A stretch of 49,335 bases of DNA, taken from the NCBI GenBank assembly GCA_001795695.1, contig MGKO01000008.1, positions 1,825-51,159 on the forward strand. The letters are read 5' to 3'. Source of the stretch: Candidatus Yanofskybacteria bacterium RIFCSPLOWO2_01_FULL_49_17 (lineage in GTDB: Bacteria > Patescibacteriota > Minisyncoccia > 2-02-FULL-40-12 > GWA2-44-9). The notes under the pieces were generated by a model that searched no databases, was not told the DNA's origin, and was given only the letters and a program-made list of their open reading frames with translations. Shown here piece after piece: positions 27,440-36,896 of the stretch. The first letter of the stretch is position 1, and each line of letters opens with the position of its first letter. Position numbers and translations under genes: made by a program.

Positions 27440-28420
27440 CTACATAATATTGTCTAACTGGGCAAGCGCTTGTTCAGATGTTTTAGTCCGCATCAACTCA
27501 TCTCTAGATTCTTTGGCGCCCGGCCAGCCCGTAATATAAACCTTGAAAAACTTTTTCATAGTATCATAGTTTCGTAGCGAAGCGGAGCCCGCCTCTGGAG
27601 GGTTTCCCCAAAGATTAATAAAGTTTGATATGTGATGCTTTAATAATGTTAATCTCTCGTTGCGATTGTCCCCGCCAGAGGCGGGTCCGCCTCTGGCGGA
27701 AAAGAACCACGGGTTATTAAAAATCGCGCGGCCGACCATGATGCCATCCAGGCCATAATTCTTAGCTTTTAGGACACCGTCCTGATAATCACTGATGTCG
27801 CCGTTGCCGATGATAATGGTGCCTGATTCATGGGCAAGCTTGGAGAGCTCTCCGGCTAACTCCCAATGAGCCGGAACTTTGGACATTTCCCTCATGGTGC
27901 GCAGATGGATGGTCAGGGCATTGATCTTTGAACCAAGCAACTTTGCAATCCAAGACACATCGATCTTATCGCCCCCAAGACGAGTTTTAACGGATACAGG
28001 CAAACCGTTTGCCCCTCTCTTTGTCTCCGCGATTACCTCTGCCGCCAGTTCCGGCGTCTTGCAAAGCGCTATTCCCGCTCCCTGTTTCAATACTTTCCTG
28101 TCAGGACAGCCCATATTGATGTCTATGCCGTCAAAACCCAAGTCGGCGATAAGTTTAGCGCATTCATAAAAATATCTCGGCACCGAACCGAATATTTGCG
28201 CGACAATAGGCCGTTCGTTCTCGCCAAACTTAAAATGCGGCAATAGTTTCGGCCGCCCTTTTTCCGAACATAATCCGGCCGCCGATACGAATTCCGTATA
28301 AAAAACATCGGGTTTCCCCGTTTCGCAAATTATCTGTCTGAACGTCATGTCGGTCACGTCCGCCATCGGCGCCAGCACAAAAAACGGTTTCTCTAATTGT
28401 CCCCAAAAATTAAAATTCAT
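27440..28420 (-). CDS. tRNA-dihydrouridine synthase
   Basis: FVLAPMADVTDMTFRQI, DGIDINMGCP, SVKTRLG and TIHLRT motifs of the Dus TIM barrel. Confidence 0.85.
   Translation of the reverse strand: MNFNFWGQLEKPFFVLAPMADVTDMTFRQIICETGKPDVFYTEFVSAAGLCSEKGRPKLLPHFKFGENERPIVAQIFGSVPRYFYECAKLIADLGFDGIDINMGCPDRKVLKQGAGIALCKTPELAAEVIAETKRGANGLPVSVKTRLGGDKIDVSWIAKLLGSKINALTIHLRTMREMSKVPAHWELAGELSKLAHESGTIIIGNGDISDYQDGVLKAKNYGLDGIMVGRAIFNNPWFFSARGGPASGGDNRNERLTLLKHHISNFINLWGNPPEAGSASLRNYDTMKKFFKVYITGWPGAKESRDELMRTKTSEQALAQLDNIM
27672..27699. repeat. 28-nt palindrome CCGCCAGAGGCG-GGTC-CGCCTCTGGCGG inside the dus CDS
   Basis: Read directly. It encodes ARGGPASGG. A partial copy GCCCGCCTCTGGAGG lies near 27588-27602. 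Confidence 0.85.
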
Positions 28421-30114
28421 TAGTTAACAACTGCACGGATGCGGCGGTTGCCGCCGGAGACGCTCTCTTCTTTGGTGATGGTGATATGACCGACCTGGCC
28501 GGTGCGGGAAACATGCGGGCCGCCGCAAAGCTCACGGGAGAAATAAGCACCTGATTCACCTATTGAATAAACTTTTACGCGTGGCGGGTATTTTAATTTA
28601 AAGAAAGCAGAAGCGCCGGAATCAAGGGCAACCTGCAGGTCCATTTCTTCGCAGATAACCGGCAAATCCTTAGCAACAATGTCATTAGCAATGTTCTCGG
28701 CTTTCTTTAATTCTTCCAGTGTAACCTTCCGCGGAAAAGTGAAATCAAACCGCAATCGCTCGGCCATGATATCCGACCCGGCCTGCGGCAATTTCTGGCC
28801 CAGTACCCTTTCTAAGGCGGCTACGATAATATGAGTAGCCGTATGCAAACGGGTCTTTTTCCAAAGCTCTTCTTTGTTGGCCGCAGTCAAGTCGCCCTCC
28901 TTCATCCCATGCCCGCCGAACTTTTTTTCTACACCGGCTCGTGATATCTCCTGATGACGTTTGCGTTCCTCTTCAAAACCATTACGAGTTAAGCTTGAAG
29001 CTTTAGACCCGCCTACTTCCTGTATCACATCAAACGGCAGACCGAAGCTTTCATAGAGCTTGAAAGCTGAAGCGTTGTCCACCGAGCCCATCTTTTCCAA
29101 TTCTTTCAGACCATTCTTGAAGGTCTTTTGGAATTTTTCATTTTCGACGGCAAAAATAGATTTTATTTTAGATATATCCAGCTCGGGATAATACTGGCTG
29201 TAAAGCTCAACAATTTTCGCGAAAATATCGTTCATGGCTTCAATCTCTATCCCGTTCAGATGGCACTGGACGATGATGCGGCGAATAAGCCGGCGCAGGA
29301 CATAACCCTTATCTTTGTTTGAAGGAGTGACTCCATCAGAAATGATAAAAGCGGCCGCCCGGGCGTGGTCGGCGATTATTCTATGAACTTTTTTGGAAAT
29401 ATTGTCCTGCGGCAACATTTGGATGAGCGGCTCAAATAGATCAGTACCAAAAACATTCTCCTTTTTCTGGACGGCCATCGCCAGACGCTCCAGGCCCATG
29501 CCGGTATCCACGCCTGGCGATTCTAGGGCTTCCAACCTCCCATCCGGATGCTTATAACATTGATTGAAAACCAGATTCCAGACCTCAATACCGTTCACAT
29601 ATATCTCCGTGGTCGGTCCGCAAGGGCCTTCATTACCAGTCGGGCCCCAGAAATTATCTGCTCGGCCGAATTTTTTAATTACAATTTCAGGCGCGATCTC
29701 TCGCCATATCTTTTCAGATTCTTCGTCAGCGGGGATATCTCCCTCTCCGCCAAATATAGAAACATGGTCAATTTTTAAGCCCATCTCTTTAATTATGAAC
29801 TCGTGAGCGTATTGAGTAGCTTCTCTCTTCCAATAACCATTGAATGAGAAATTACCGAGCATTTCAAAAAAGGTCAGGTGCGACTCGTCGCCGACCTCAT
29901 CAATATCAGAGGTGCGCATGCATTTCTGGATGGAAGCGACATTTGCGGCCGGAGCAGACGACGGGTCGGTATAGTATTGCTTAAATTGCTGCATGCCGGC
30001 CGTGGTAAAGAGCACGGACGGGTCGGAGGGCAATAACGAAGATGACGCCACCCACTTGTGGCCTTTTGACCCCATGAACTTCCTGAATTTTTCTCGTATC
30101 TCCTGATGAGTCAT
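28420..30114 (-). CDS. alaS: alanine--tRNA ligase, compact form (no C-Ala domain)
   Basis: 564 aa with FTTAGMQQFK and GVDTGMGLERL in the catalytic core. Editing-domain motifs HTATHII and CGGPHV are present, and the protein ends right after them. Confidence 0.9.
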   Translation of the reverse strand: MTHQEIREKFRKFMGSKGHKWVASSSLLPSDPSVLFTTAGMQQFKQYYTDPSSAPAANVASIQKCMRTSDIDEVGDESHLTFFEMLGNFSFNGYWKREATQYAHEFIIKEMGLKIDHVSIFGGEGDIPADEESEKIWREIAPEIVIKKFGRADNFWGPTGNEGPCGPTTEIYVNGIEVWNLVFNQCYKHPDGRLEALESPGVDTGMGLERLAMAVQKKENVFGTDLFEPLIQMLPQDNISKKVHRIIADHARAAAFIISDGVTPSNKDKGYVLRRLIRRIIVQCHLNGIEIEAMNDIFAKIVELYSQYYPELDISKIKSIFAVENEKFQKTFKNGLKELEKMGSVDNASAFKLYESFGLPFDVIQEVGGSKASSLTRNGFEEERKRHQEISRAGVEKKFGGHGMKEGDLTAANKEELWKKTRLHTATHIIVAALERVLGQKLPQAGSDIMAERLRFDFTFPRKVTLEELKKAENIANDIVAKDLPVICEEMDLQVALDSGASAFFKLKYPPRVKVYSIGESGAYFSRELCGGPHVSRTGQVGHITITKEESVSGGNRRIRAVVN

Positions 30115-30171
30115 TCGTGTGGGCGCATTCGTATTTCGCGAGGATTTAGCAGAGTGAGCGCTATTCGTATG

Positions 30172-33057
30172 CTACATCATTTTGCGTAAAGCGCAAAATT
30201 CGCATTCTTTGTCATCGCACGAACTTTCCAGGAATTTTCCCGATTTCACGCTTTCAACCAGATTACTTATCTCGCCCTTAAGTGTATCAATATCGCTATC
30301 TTCAATTGGAAGCGAGATAACGGCACAGCGGTTTTTTTTGTCAGGTTTTATAAATACTAATGCCGGTTCTGTTGTTTTCTTCGCTATTTTTTTATCTCCT
30401 GAAAGCAGGAACTTGTAAAAAACAAGCTGGCGGAAATAGTTTCCGTTCGCGTCTTTGGTGTTGCCCTTTATGGCGTTTATGCTCATTGCCTCGCGGGTCT
30501 TATAGTCAAAGACGAATATTTGTTCTTTGGTTTCGATTATTGCATCAAGCTTGCCGCGCAGTAGAAGTTGGCCGAACATCAGCTCGTGATTCGTTTCAGT
30601 GGAAATAGAGCCACTCTGACGAAAATGCGGCAGAAGAGCCGAAGCGACCTTGGGCGCGTCTTCAAGAAGCGATTCAACGGCCGGCTCTTTTTCGTAGGAT
30701 GGGAGCAGTGAGCCGGCAAAATACGCCTTGATATGTTTTTTTATCGTTTCGGAAACAGCTTTCTCATTTTTATCTCCCAGATGCCAGACAGCAGCCATCG
30801 CTTCGTGCATGGCGTTGCCTTTTTCAGCCGTCGCCGAAGGTGGTTCAGGTATCCTTAAGATGCTTTTATAAAAAAACTTCATTGGGCATTCACAGAAGTG
30901 ATTCAAAGCGGTCACCGAAAGCCCGTTCTCGAAAAGAACCCTTTTGGCATATTCCATCTCTTCCGCCTTTCTCTTTGCCTCCGGTCTGAACATTCTGTTC
31001 TTCTCTGTTTTCTTCAAGCCAGCCGGCAATTCGGCCCGCGCAATCATCGTTTGGTCCAGTTCATCAATGAACCGGAGCGGCGTCAGCTGCCGCCCCGCCT
31101 CTTCCAGAGGAGAAATAATGAAAACACGAGAGCGAGCGCGGGTCAAGGCAACATAAAAAAGACGACGTTCATCGCGCAAGGCGTCATCTTCCTCGGCCGG
31201 CCGGGGAAGGATGAAATATTCTCCCCGCCCTCTAGGCAGCCAGGACTCCTCAACCGCGTAGGGCAGAAATACATTGTTGAATTCCAGTCCCTTTGAACCG
31301 TGAGCGGTCATCACTCTGACCGGCGCTTCTGGTGAACCAAGGCAAATCTTAACGTTGCGGTTGCCGGCCGATTTCCGGTATTCGAGCAAGTTTTTTATTA
31401 GTTCGGTCGGACTGTCCGGATTCTGTCGAGCCAATTCCTCGGCCAGCGAGATTATACCTCTCCATATCTGCGATGAAACCGGGTCGCGGGCAGCAAGCTT
31501 GGTCAATCCGGACGCATCCGCGGCCTGTATCACGTAGGCCACCGCGCCGCATTGATTTATCTCGCCTCGCAGACCGACCAAGGCCGGAATTTTCTTTTGA
31601 ATATCCGAAACTACGCCTGCTCTTAACGATTTGATAAGCCGGACTCTGTCGTCAATTTTCATCGGCCAGAGTCCACTGGCTAGACAATAGGCCAGCGATT
31701 CTGTTTTTGAGGGGTCGGCCAAGAAGTCAAGCAGTGAGAAGAACAAGAGACCGATCGGGTCAAGAAAGATGTCGCTCCCCCTCTCCGCCGTGGCCGGAAT
31801 GCCGTCCTGCTCTAAAAGGGTCAGCATCCGCTGAACATCCGTGTTGCGCCGGACAATGACGGCTGACACGTCAGCCGGATGATTTTGGATAATGCCGCAT
31901 ATCTGCTCGATCATATATTCGTCGGCCGCCAGACCGTTGCCCGCCGTTGCCACATCAACCGGCCTGGGCCCCTCTCCGGCATCCGACCGGAGACGTATTC
32001 TAAGTTCGGGAAACTGACCGTCGGCATAGTTCCTATCTATCATTGAAAAACCAGCGTCTAAAATATTTTGTTGAGAGCGGTAATTGCGCTCCAGACGTAT
32101 TATCTTCATAGCGCTCCATTTCTTTTGGAAACTTATAAAATTCTCCACCGACGCGCCCTGGAAACGGTAAATGGCCTGTTTCTCGTCGCCAACTACAAAG
32201 ATATTGGGGTTATCAAAAAATTCAGAGATCAGACGTATCAACGTATTCTGTGAATCATTGGTGTCTTGATGCTCATCTATCAGAATGTATTGGAATTTTT
32301 CTTGAAGCAGGCGCAGAAGAAGCTCGTCCTTGCGCAAAGCCGAGATGAGCTCAAGGATAAGGTCGTCAAAATCCATCTTTCTTTGTTCACTTTTCTTTGA
32401 TTCATAGGCCTCATAAACATCGGCCAAAAGAACGGTCCGCTCGCACTTCTCTATCCTTTTCAGCCCCTCGGCCTTTATCTTGCCCTTGGTCGGTCCGCGG
32501 CTGGACAGCCATTCTTCATTCGTATTGACGCGTTTAATTTCCTCAACCGCGAATGAGCGGACCATCTCCGGCGTCCAGGCCTCGTCTTTGCAGTCAGCGA
32601 TGGCCTTGATGATCTTATTGACGTAGAGATCGGGGTCGCCGGCCGGCCGCAATTTATAGAATCTCTTATTTTTTAAAATCTCCCGGATGATGGACTCGGC
32701 CTCAACTTCGGTCAGTTGTTTAGCCCGGGCCAGATGCGGAAAATGGTCGTCGAATTCGGAGATGATGGAACCGGCAAAACCGTGATAAGTATGAAGCCGG
32801 ACGTGATCAGCGACGGGGCCTATTATTTTCCTTAAACGCCGCCTCATTTCTTTTGCTCCCGCCTCGGTAAAGGTCAGGGCCAAAATATTCTCCGGCCCGA
32901 CTTGGGTCTTGAGCAAGATGTTAGCGATGCGGAGGGTTAAAATCTGGGTCTTGCCCGTGCCCGGGCCGGCCACCACCATCACTGGCCCTTCCACCGAATC
33001 CACCGCCTCCTTTTGGGCCTTATTCAATTGTTTGTAGTATTTCTCAAACTCGGTCAT
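30172..33057 (-). CDS. UvrD/PcrA-type superfamily-1 helicase fused to a C-terminal PD-(D/E)XK (Cas4/AddB-like, Cys-cluster) nuclease
   Basis: 961 aa. Helicase motifs: VVAGPGTGKT, ILIDEHQDTN, VGDEKQAIYRFQGA, TAHGSKGLEF, LFYVALTRA. The C-terminus has FCECPMKFF.., VFDYKT, QLVFYKFLL and CDDKECEFC. Confidence 0.85.
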   Translation of the reverse strand: MTEFEKYYKQLNKAQKEAVDSVEGPVMVVAGPGTGKTQILTLRIANILLKTQVGPENILALTFTEAGAKEMRRRLRKIIGPVADHVRLHTYHGFAGSIISEFDDHFPHLARAKQLTEVEAESIIREILKNKRFYKLRPAGDPDLYVNKIIKAIADCKDEAWTPEMVRSFAVEEIKRVNTNEEWLSSRGPTKGKIKAEGLKRIEKCERTVLLADVYEAYESKKSEQRKMDFDDLILELISALRKDELLLRLLQEKFQYILIDEHQDTNDSQNTLIRLISEFFDNPNIFVVGDEKQAIYRFQGASVENFISFQKKWSAMKIIRLERNYRSQQNILDAGFSMIDRNYADGQFPELRIRLRSDAGEGPRPVDVATAGNGLAADEYMIEQICGIIQNHPADVSAVIVRRNTDVQRMLTLLEQDGIPATAERGSDIFLDPIGLLFFSLLDFLADPSKTESLAYCLASGLWPMKIDDRVRLIKSLRAGVVSDIQKKIPALVGLRGEINQCGAVAYVIQAADASGLTKLAARDPVSSQIWRGIISLAEELARQNPDSPTELIKNLLEYRKSAGNRNVKICLGSPEAPVRVMTAHGSKGLEFNNVFLPYAVEESWLPRGRGEYFILPRPAEEDDALRDERRLFYVALTRARSRVFIISPLEEAGRQLTPLRFIDELDQTMIARAELPAGLKKTEKNRMFRPEAKRKAEEMEYAKRVLFENGLSVTALNHFCECPMKFFYKSILRIPEPPSATAEKGNAMHEAMAAVWHLGDKNEKAVSETIKKHIKAYFAGSLLPSYEKEPAVESLLEDAPKVASALLPHFRQSGSISTETNHELMFGQLLLRGKLDAIIETKEQIFVFDYKTREAMSINAIKGNTKDANGNYFRQLVFYKFLLSGDKKIAKKTTEPALVFIKPDKKNRCAVISLPIEDSDIDTLKGEISNLVESVKSGKFLESSCDDKECEFCALRKMM

Positions 33058-33154
33058 TGAAAAAAGTATAGCATTAAATTAAAAACAAATTTCTTCTTGA
33101 CAAATAATCCGCGTCGCTTCCATGCGGTCGCGGCTTTTTGCTTAAATAAAAATA

Positions 33155-33192
33155 CTATTTACCTATTCGTACGAATAAGATAATAGATAATT
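33155..33192. repeat. intergenic copy of the CCTATTCGTACGAATA palindromic element (twin of 42391-42428)
   Basis: CTATTTACCTATTCGTACGAATAAGATAATAGATAATT versus CTATTGGCCTATTCGTACGAATAGGTAAGTAGATTATT, about 30/38 identical by eye. Confidence 0.7.
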
Positions 33193-33222
33193 CATCGATC
33201 TTTTGATATACTTCGCGTGCTT

Positions 33223-34233
33223 ATGTTGATTGATGATATTACAATTAAAGTGGTGGCCGGGGATGGTGGGGACGGCACGGTGGCGTTCAACAAGAACATG
33301 ATGTCGCTGGGGCCGACCGGAGCCACTGGTGGCAAGGGCGGCAATGTCTACGTTGAGGGCGTGTCGGACCTGGGCGCTTTGACGCGACTCCGAAATACCA
33401 AGGTCTTTGAAGCAGAAGACGGCGGTGCTGGCGGACGTCAGTACAACGACGGGCCTGCTGGCGACGATTTAACAATCAAAGTGCCGATCGGCACGGTCGT
33501 CCACCCCATTCAAGACCTCTCCGCTACGGCTGTCCAAGGACAGCCTGCCTTGAACGGAGCAAGTAATTTAGAAGTGACAAAAGTTGGTCAAAGAATCAGA
33601 ATTGCCAAGGGCGGATATGGCGGCAAGGGTAATTTTCATTTCCGGTCATCCAAAAACACCAGCCCGAAGCAATATCAAAAAGGATTGCCGGGCGAAACTT
33701 TTAAAATACGACTGGAGCTTAAGCTCATTGCCGATATAGGCCTGATAGGCCTGCCTAACGCCGGCAAGTCGTCCCTGCTCAACGAACTGACCAGGGCCAA
33801 AAGCAAGGTCGCTAATTACGCTTTTACCACTCTGGAGCCGCATCTGGGAGTATATTACGACCTGATCTTGGCTGATCTGCCGGGTATCATTGAGGGCGCG
33901 GCCGGCGGAAAGGGTTTGGGCGTAAAGTTCCTCCGCCACGTGGAGCGTACGAACACCCTGTTTCATTTGCTGTCAGCCGAGTCAGAAGACCCTATCCGGG
34001 ATTATAAAGTGATAAGAGCCGAGCTGGGCGCTTATAACCCCGCGCTCCTTGAAAAAAAGGAATATCTCTTCATCAGCAAATCGGATACAGGCGTGCCGGG
34101 AAAGCTAAAAACAATGGCTGGCCAGCTTAAGAAACTGAACTCGACCGTGACTCCCCTGTCCATCCATGATGAGGACTCACTAAAGAAGACGCGAAAAATA
34201 CTCAACCAACTCATTAAACAAAAAAACGCCTAG
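33223..34233 (+). CDS. obg: GTPase Obg/CgtA
   Basis: Obg fold (VVAGDGGDGTVAF, GGKGGNV..) plus a G domain (GLPNAGKSSLLN, DLPG). I prefer ATG 33223; the ORF track starts at GTG 33217. Confidence 0.9.
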   Translation: MLIDDITIKVVAGDGGDGTVAFNKNMMSLGPTGATGGKGGNVYVEGVSDLGALTRLRNTKVFEAEDGGAGGRQYNDGPAGDDLTIKVPIGTVVHPIQDLSATAVQGQPALNGASNLEVTKVGQRIRIAKGGYGGKGNFHFRSSKNTSPKQYQKGLPGETFKIRLELKLIADIGLIGLPNAGKSSLLNELTRAKSKVANYAFTTLEPHLGVYYDLILADLPGIIEGAAGGKGLGVKFLRHVERTNTLFHLLSAESEDPIRDYKVIRAELGAYNPALLEKKEYLFISKSDTGVPGKLKTMAGQLKKLNSTVTPLSIHDEDSLKKTRKILNQLIKQKNA

Positions 34234-34250
34234 GAGGCGTTTTTTTGTTT
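34216..34250. terminator. perfect 16-bp palindromic bidirectional terminator containing both convergent stop codons
   Basis: AAACAAAAAAACGCCT-AGG-AGGCGTTTTTTTGTTT. Both obg and the opposite-strand gene read through an arm and end in KQKNA. Confidence 0.75.
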
Positions 34251-34637
34251 AACACCCAGCGTTGCCAGCACTGCTCCGACGATATCCGCCGCCAGATCAA
34301 TCAGCGTATCATCTACATCCCCGCCATATAAGTAACGCCTCATAAGTGATGTTCCATAGAGAGAGGACAATCGCTCGGCAAATTCCCAAATCAACCCGAC
34401 CAACACGGCTGAACCGATGACAGCTAACAGGTACCGAAATTTAGTCCAAGGTCCAATTTTTTGAAAATCATCTCTAAAATATTCAAGAAAGAACCAGCTG
34501 GCGATGGCGCCGCCAATAACGTGGAGCGCTTTATCTAAATGAGGAATGAAATCGTATAAATTAAATTTTCCTACAAAAAAAGAAACGAGGACGGTGAAGA
34601 GAACTGCGATGATGAAAATCGGCCGGTTAGATTTCAT
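34230..34637 (-). CDS. small polytopic membrane protein (possibly VanZ-like)
   Basis: 135 aa with 4 hydrophobic helices. DKALHVIGG and WEFAE..DTLIDLAADIVGA loosely resemble VanZ-family motifs (weak). Confidence 0.6.
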   Translation of the reverse strand: MKSNRPIFIIAVLFTVLVSFFVGKFNLYDFIPHLDKALHVIGGAIASWFFLEYFRDDFQKIGPWTKFRYLLAVIGSAVLVGLIWEFAERLSSLYGTSLMRRYLYGGDVDDTLIDLAADIVGAVLATLGVKQKNAS

Positions 34638-35395
34638 TAAGTTATCTTGCGGTATTTATTAATTCCTAACGGTACGAATATCGCCATTATAGCAACAATC
34701 CAGATCAGCGCGAACCAGATATTATTATCAACCGGCAGGCCCAAAGCCAAAGCTCGGACGGTGTTTACGGTGTAAGTGATGGGATTATACTCGGCAAAGA
34801 CACGGATACCCTTGGACATAGTTGCGACCGGCACAAAAATGGAACTGGCAAAGGCCAGCGGGAAAACCCAGATGAAACCGGCCACCTGGGCAGTTTCAGG
34901 ATTTTTAACAGCCAGTCCGATGGTCGCTGATACCCAGGAAAAAGCGAAGCCAAAAGTCAGCATCATGCCTACCGCGATCAGGAAGTTAAAGAATCCGTGC
35001 TCAATCCTAAAACCAAGTAAATATCCTACCGCGGTCATCAATACGATGACGAAGATATTGCGGAGCATATCGGCAATCGTGCGACCGGCCAATATCGCCG
35101 AGCGGGCCATCGGCAGTGACCGGAAGCGGTCAATCATTCCTTTGGAAACATCCTCCATCAGACCGATGCCGGTCTGCATCGCTCCGAACAGAACCGCCTG
35201 AACCAAAATACCAGGCAATAAATAGTTTATGTATTTGCCGGCCCCGGTGGTAATGGCCCCGCCGAAAACATAAGTGAACAAGAGCAGGAACATCACGGGC
35301 TGAATAGTTGAAAAGACCAATAACTGCGGAAGGCGTCTGTGGCGCAATAAATTACGCTTGGTCATGACTTTAATGTCAGAAAAAGTGTGGCTCAT
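34637..35395 (-). CDS. ABC-2 type exporter permease
   Basis: 252 aa with 6 TM helices and ABC-2/DrrB-like organisation. Its start overlaps the ATPase stop. Confidence 0.85.
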   Translation of the reverse strand: MSHTFSDIKVMTKRNLLRHRRLPQLLVFSTIQPVMFLLLFTYVFGGAITTGAGKYINYLLPGILVQAVLFGAMQTGIGLMEDVSKGMIDRFRSLPMARSAILAGRTIADMLRNIFVIVLMTAVGYLLGFRIEHGFFNFLIAVGMMLTFGFAFSWVSATIGLAVKNPETAQVAGFIWVFPLAFASSIFVPVATMSKGIRVFAEYNPITYTVNTVRALALGLPVDNNIWFALIWIVAIMAIFVPLGINKYRKIT

Positions 35396-36516
35396 ATCGC
35401 GGTATGTCCGGTCAATTTCAGAAATACGTCGTCTAAAGACGGCCGGCGCAGGACAATATCCAACAATTTCAGATCTTCAGCATCGGCATCTCGAATTACG
35501 TCAACCAATATTGAAGCACCGCCTTCAACGGGAACCGTAATCACCCCTGTCTCTTTATTGACGCGCGGCTCACTAATGCCGTATTTAGAAACCAGCGCCG
35601 CTATTTGATGAGCTTTGTCACGCTCTGAAACATGAAGCTCTAATATATCTCCGCCGACTTGGCGCTTTAATTCATCGGCTGTTCCTTGGGCAATGATGTG
35701 CCCGTGATCAATGACAATGATGTGATGAGCCAGTTGGTCGGCTTCCTCCATGTATTGCGTGGTTAAAAGCACGGTTGTCCCTTGCTCAACCAGTTCGCGG
35801 ATGGTCTGCCAAAGCATAAACCGGCTTCGCGGGTCCAGACCGGCAGTCGGCTCGTCCAGAAACAGGACGGCTGGCCTGGCTATCAAGCTGGCCGCCAGGT
35901 CCAGTCGGCGGCGCATGCCGCCGGAATAGGTCTTTACCGGCCGGTCAGCCGCATCTTGAAGGTCAAATTTTAATAAAAGACCCTTGGCTCGAGTAGCTGA
36001 TTCGCTCGGAGAGAGATGGTACAGCCGGCCAACCATCTCAAGATTCTCTTGCCCGGTCAAGGTCTCGTCCACGGCCACATACTGGCCAGCTAGACCGATA
36101 GCACCCCGCAGTTTCTGGGCTTGGCGGACAGTATCATAACCGGCGACCCTAATAGCGCCGGAATCGGGAACAAGAAGAGTGGTCATCAAGCGGATCAAAG
36201 TGGTCTTTCCGGCCCCGTTCGGGCCGAGCAGAGCCGTAATACTGCCCCTTTTTACACCCAAGCTTATATTGTCCAGAGCTATTATCTTTGGCCCATATGA
36301 TTTTGAGACGTTGCGTACGGAAATAATGTTATCGCTTGTTTCCGATTCATGGATTATCTGGGATTCTCCTTCACGAACTGGAAGGTGGTCCAGCATGATA
36401 TCCATCACATCGTGGACGTGCCAGCCGGCCCCGGTCAAAGCTCGGGTTATCTGTTTGGAAGTCATACCGCGTTCACGTGCGCTATTGATATAAGAAATAA
36501 GAGGATGCGCGGTCAT
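35392..36516 (-). CDS. ABC transporter ATP-binding protein (DrrA-like) with ~55-aa N-terminal extension
   Basis: Walker A GPNGAGKTT, signature YSGGMRRRL, Walker B LFLDEPTAGLD. Confidence 0.9.
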   Translation of the reverse strand: MTAHPLISYINSARERGMTSKQITRALTGAGWHVHDVMDIMLDHLPVREGESQIIHESETSDNIISVRNVSKSYGPKIIALDNISLGVKRGSITALLGPNGAGKTTLIRLMTTLLVPDSGAIRVAGYDTVRQAQKLRGAIGLAGQYVAVDETLTGQENLEMVGRLYHLSPSESATRAKGLLLKFDLQDAADRPVKTYSGGMRRRLDLAASLIARPAVLFLDEPTAGLDPRSRFMLWQTIRELVEQGTTVLLTTQYMEEADQLAHHIIVIDHGHIIAQGTADELKRQVGGDILELHVSERDKAHQIAALVSKYGISEPRVNKETGVITVPVEGGASILVDVIRDADAEDLKLLDIVLRRPSLDDVFLKLTGHTAI

Positions 36517-36626
36517 AAATATCTGTATATGCTAATGCATTTGCTCTTAAAAATCAACTCGTTAAAAAACCGGCTGGCGGCTGGTTTTTCAGTGAGAAAT
36601 AGGTTATAATTGCTTTAATTTTATAT

Positions 36627-36699
36627 GGGGACTATGGTGAAATGGTTATCACATCGCTCTGTGGCAGCGAGGTCATGGGTTCGAGTCCCATTAGTCCCC
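36627..36699 (+). tRNA. tRNA-His (GTG) with encoded G-1
   Basis: Hand-folded cloverleaf: acceptor GGGACTA/TAGTCCC, D stem GTGA/TCAC, anticodon stem TCGCT/AGCGA with loop CTGTGGC, T arm ATGGG-TTCGAGT-CCCAT. An extra 5' G faces the discriminator C. Confidence 0.85.
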
Positions 36700-36896
36700 C
36701 AGAATACTAAAACCGGCTTGGCGAGGGGGAAAAAAATTCTGTCGGTGCATTGACGTAGGTACTCATAACTAGCCACGCCAGCGCAATGACTATCAAAACA
36801 ATTAAGGTGAGCAAGATAAATCTCATTATCTGTATTATATCGTCCCTAAATTAATTGTAAATATCGCTGTTTTAGGGTAAAATAAACATCATTTAT

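Noticed and set aside
36707-36826. 39-codon minus-strand ORF (MRFILLTLIVLIVIALAWLVMSTYVNAPTEFFSPSPSRF) between tRNA-His and tRNA-Arg.
   Set aside because: The peptide is hydrophobic and plausible as a mini-protein. However it has no SD or -10 signal and lies in an A/T-rich spacer where such ORFs arise by chance, and conservation cannot be judged. Not reported as a feature.
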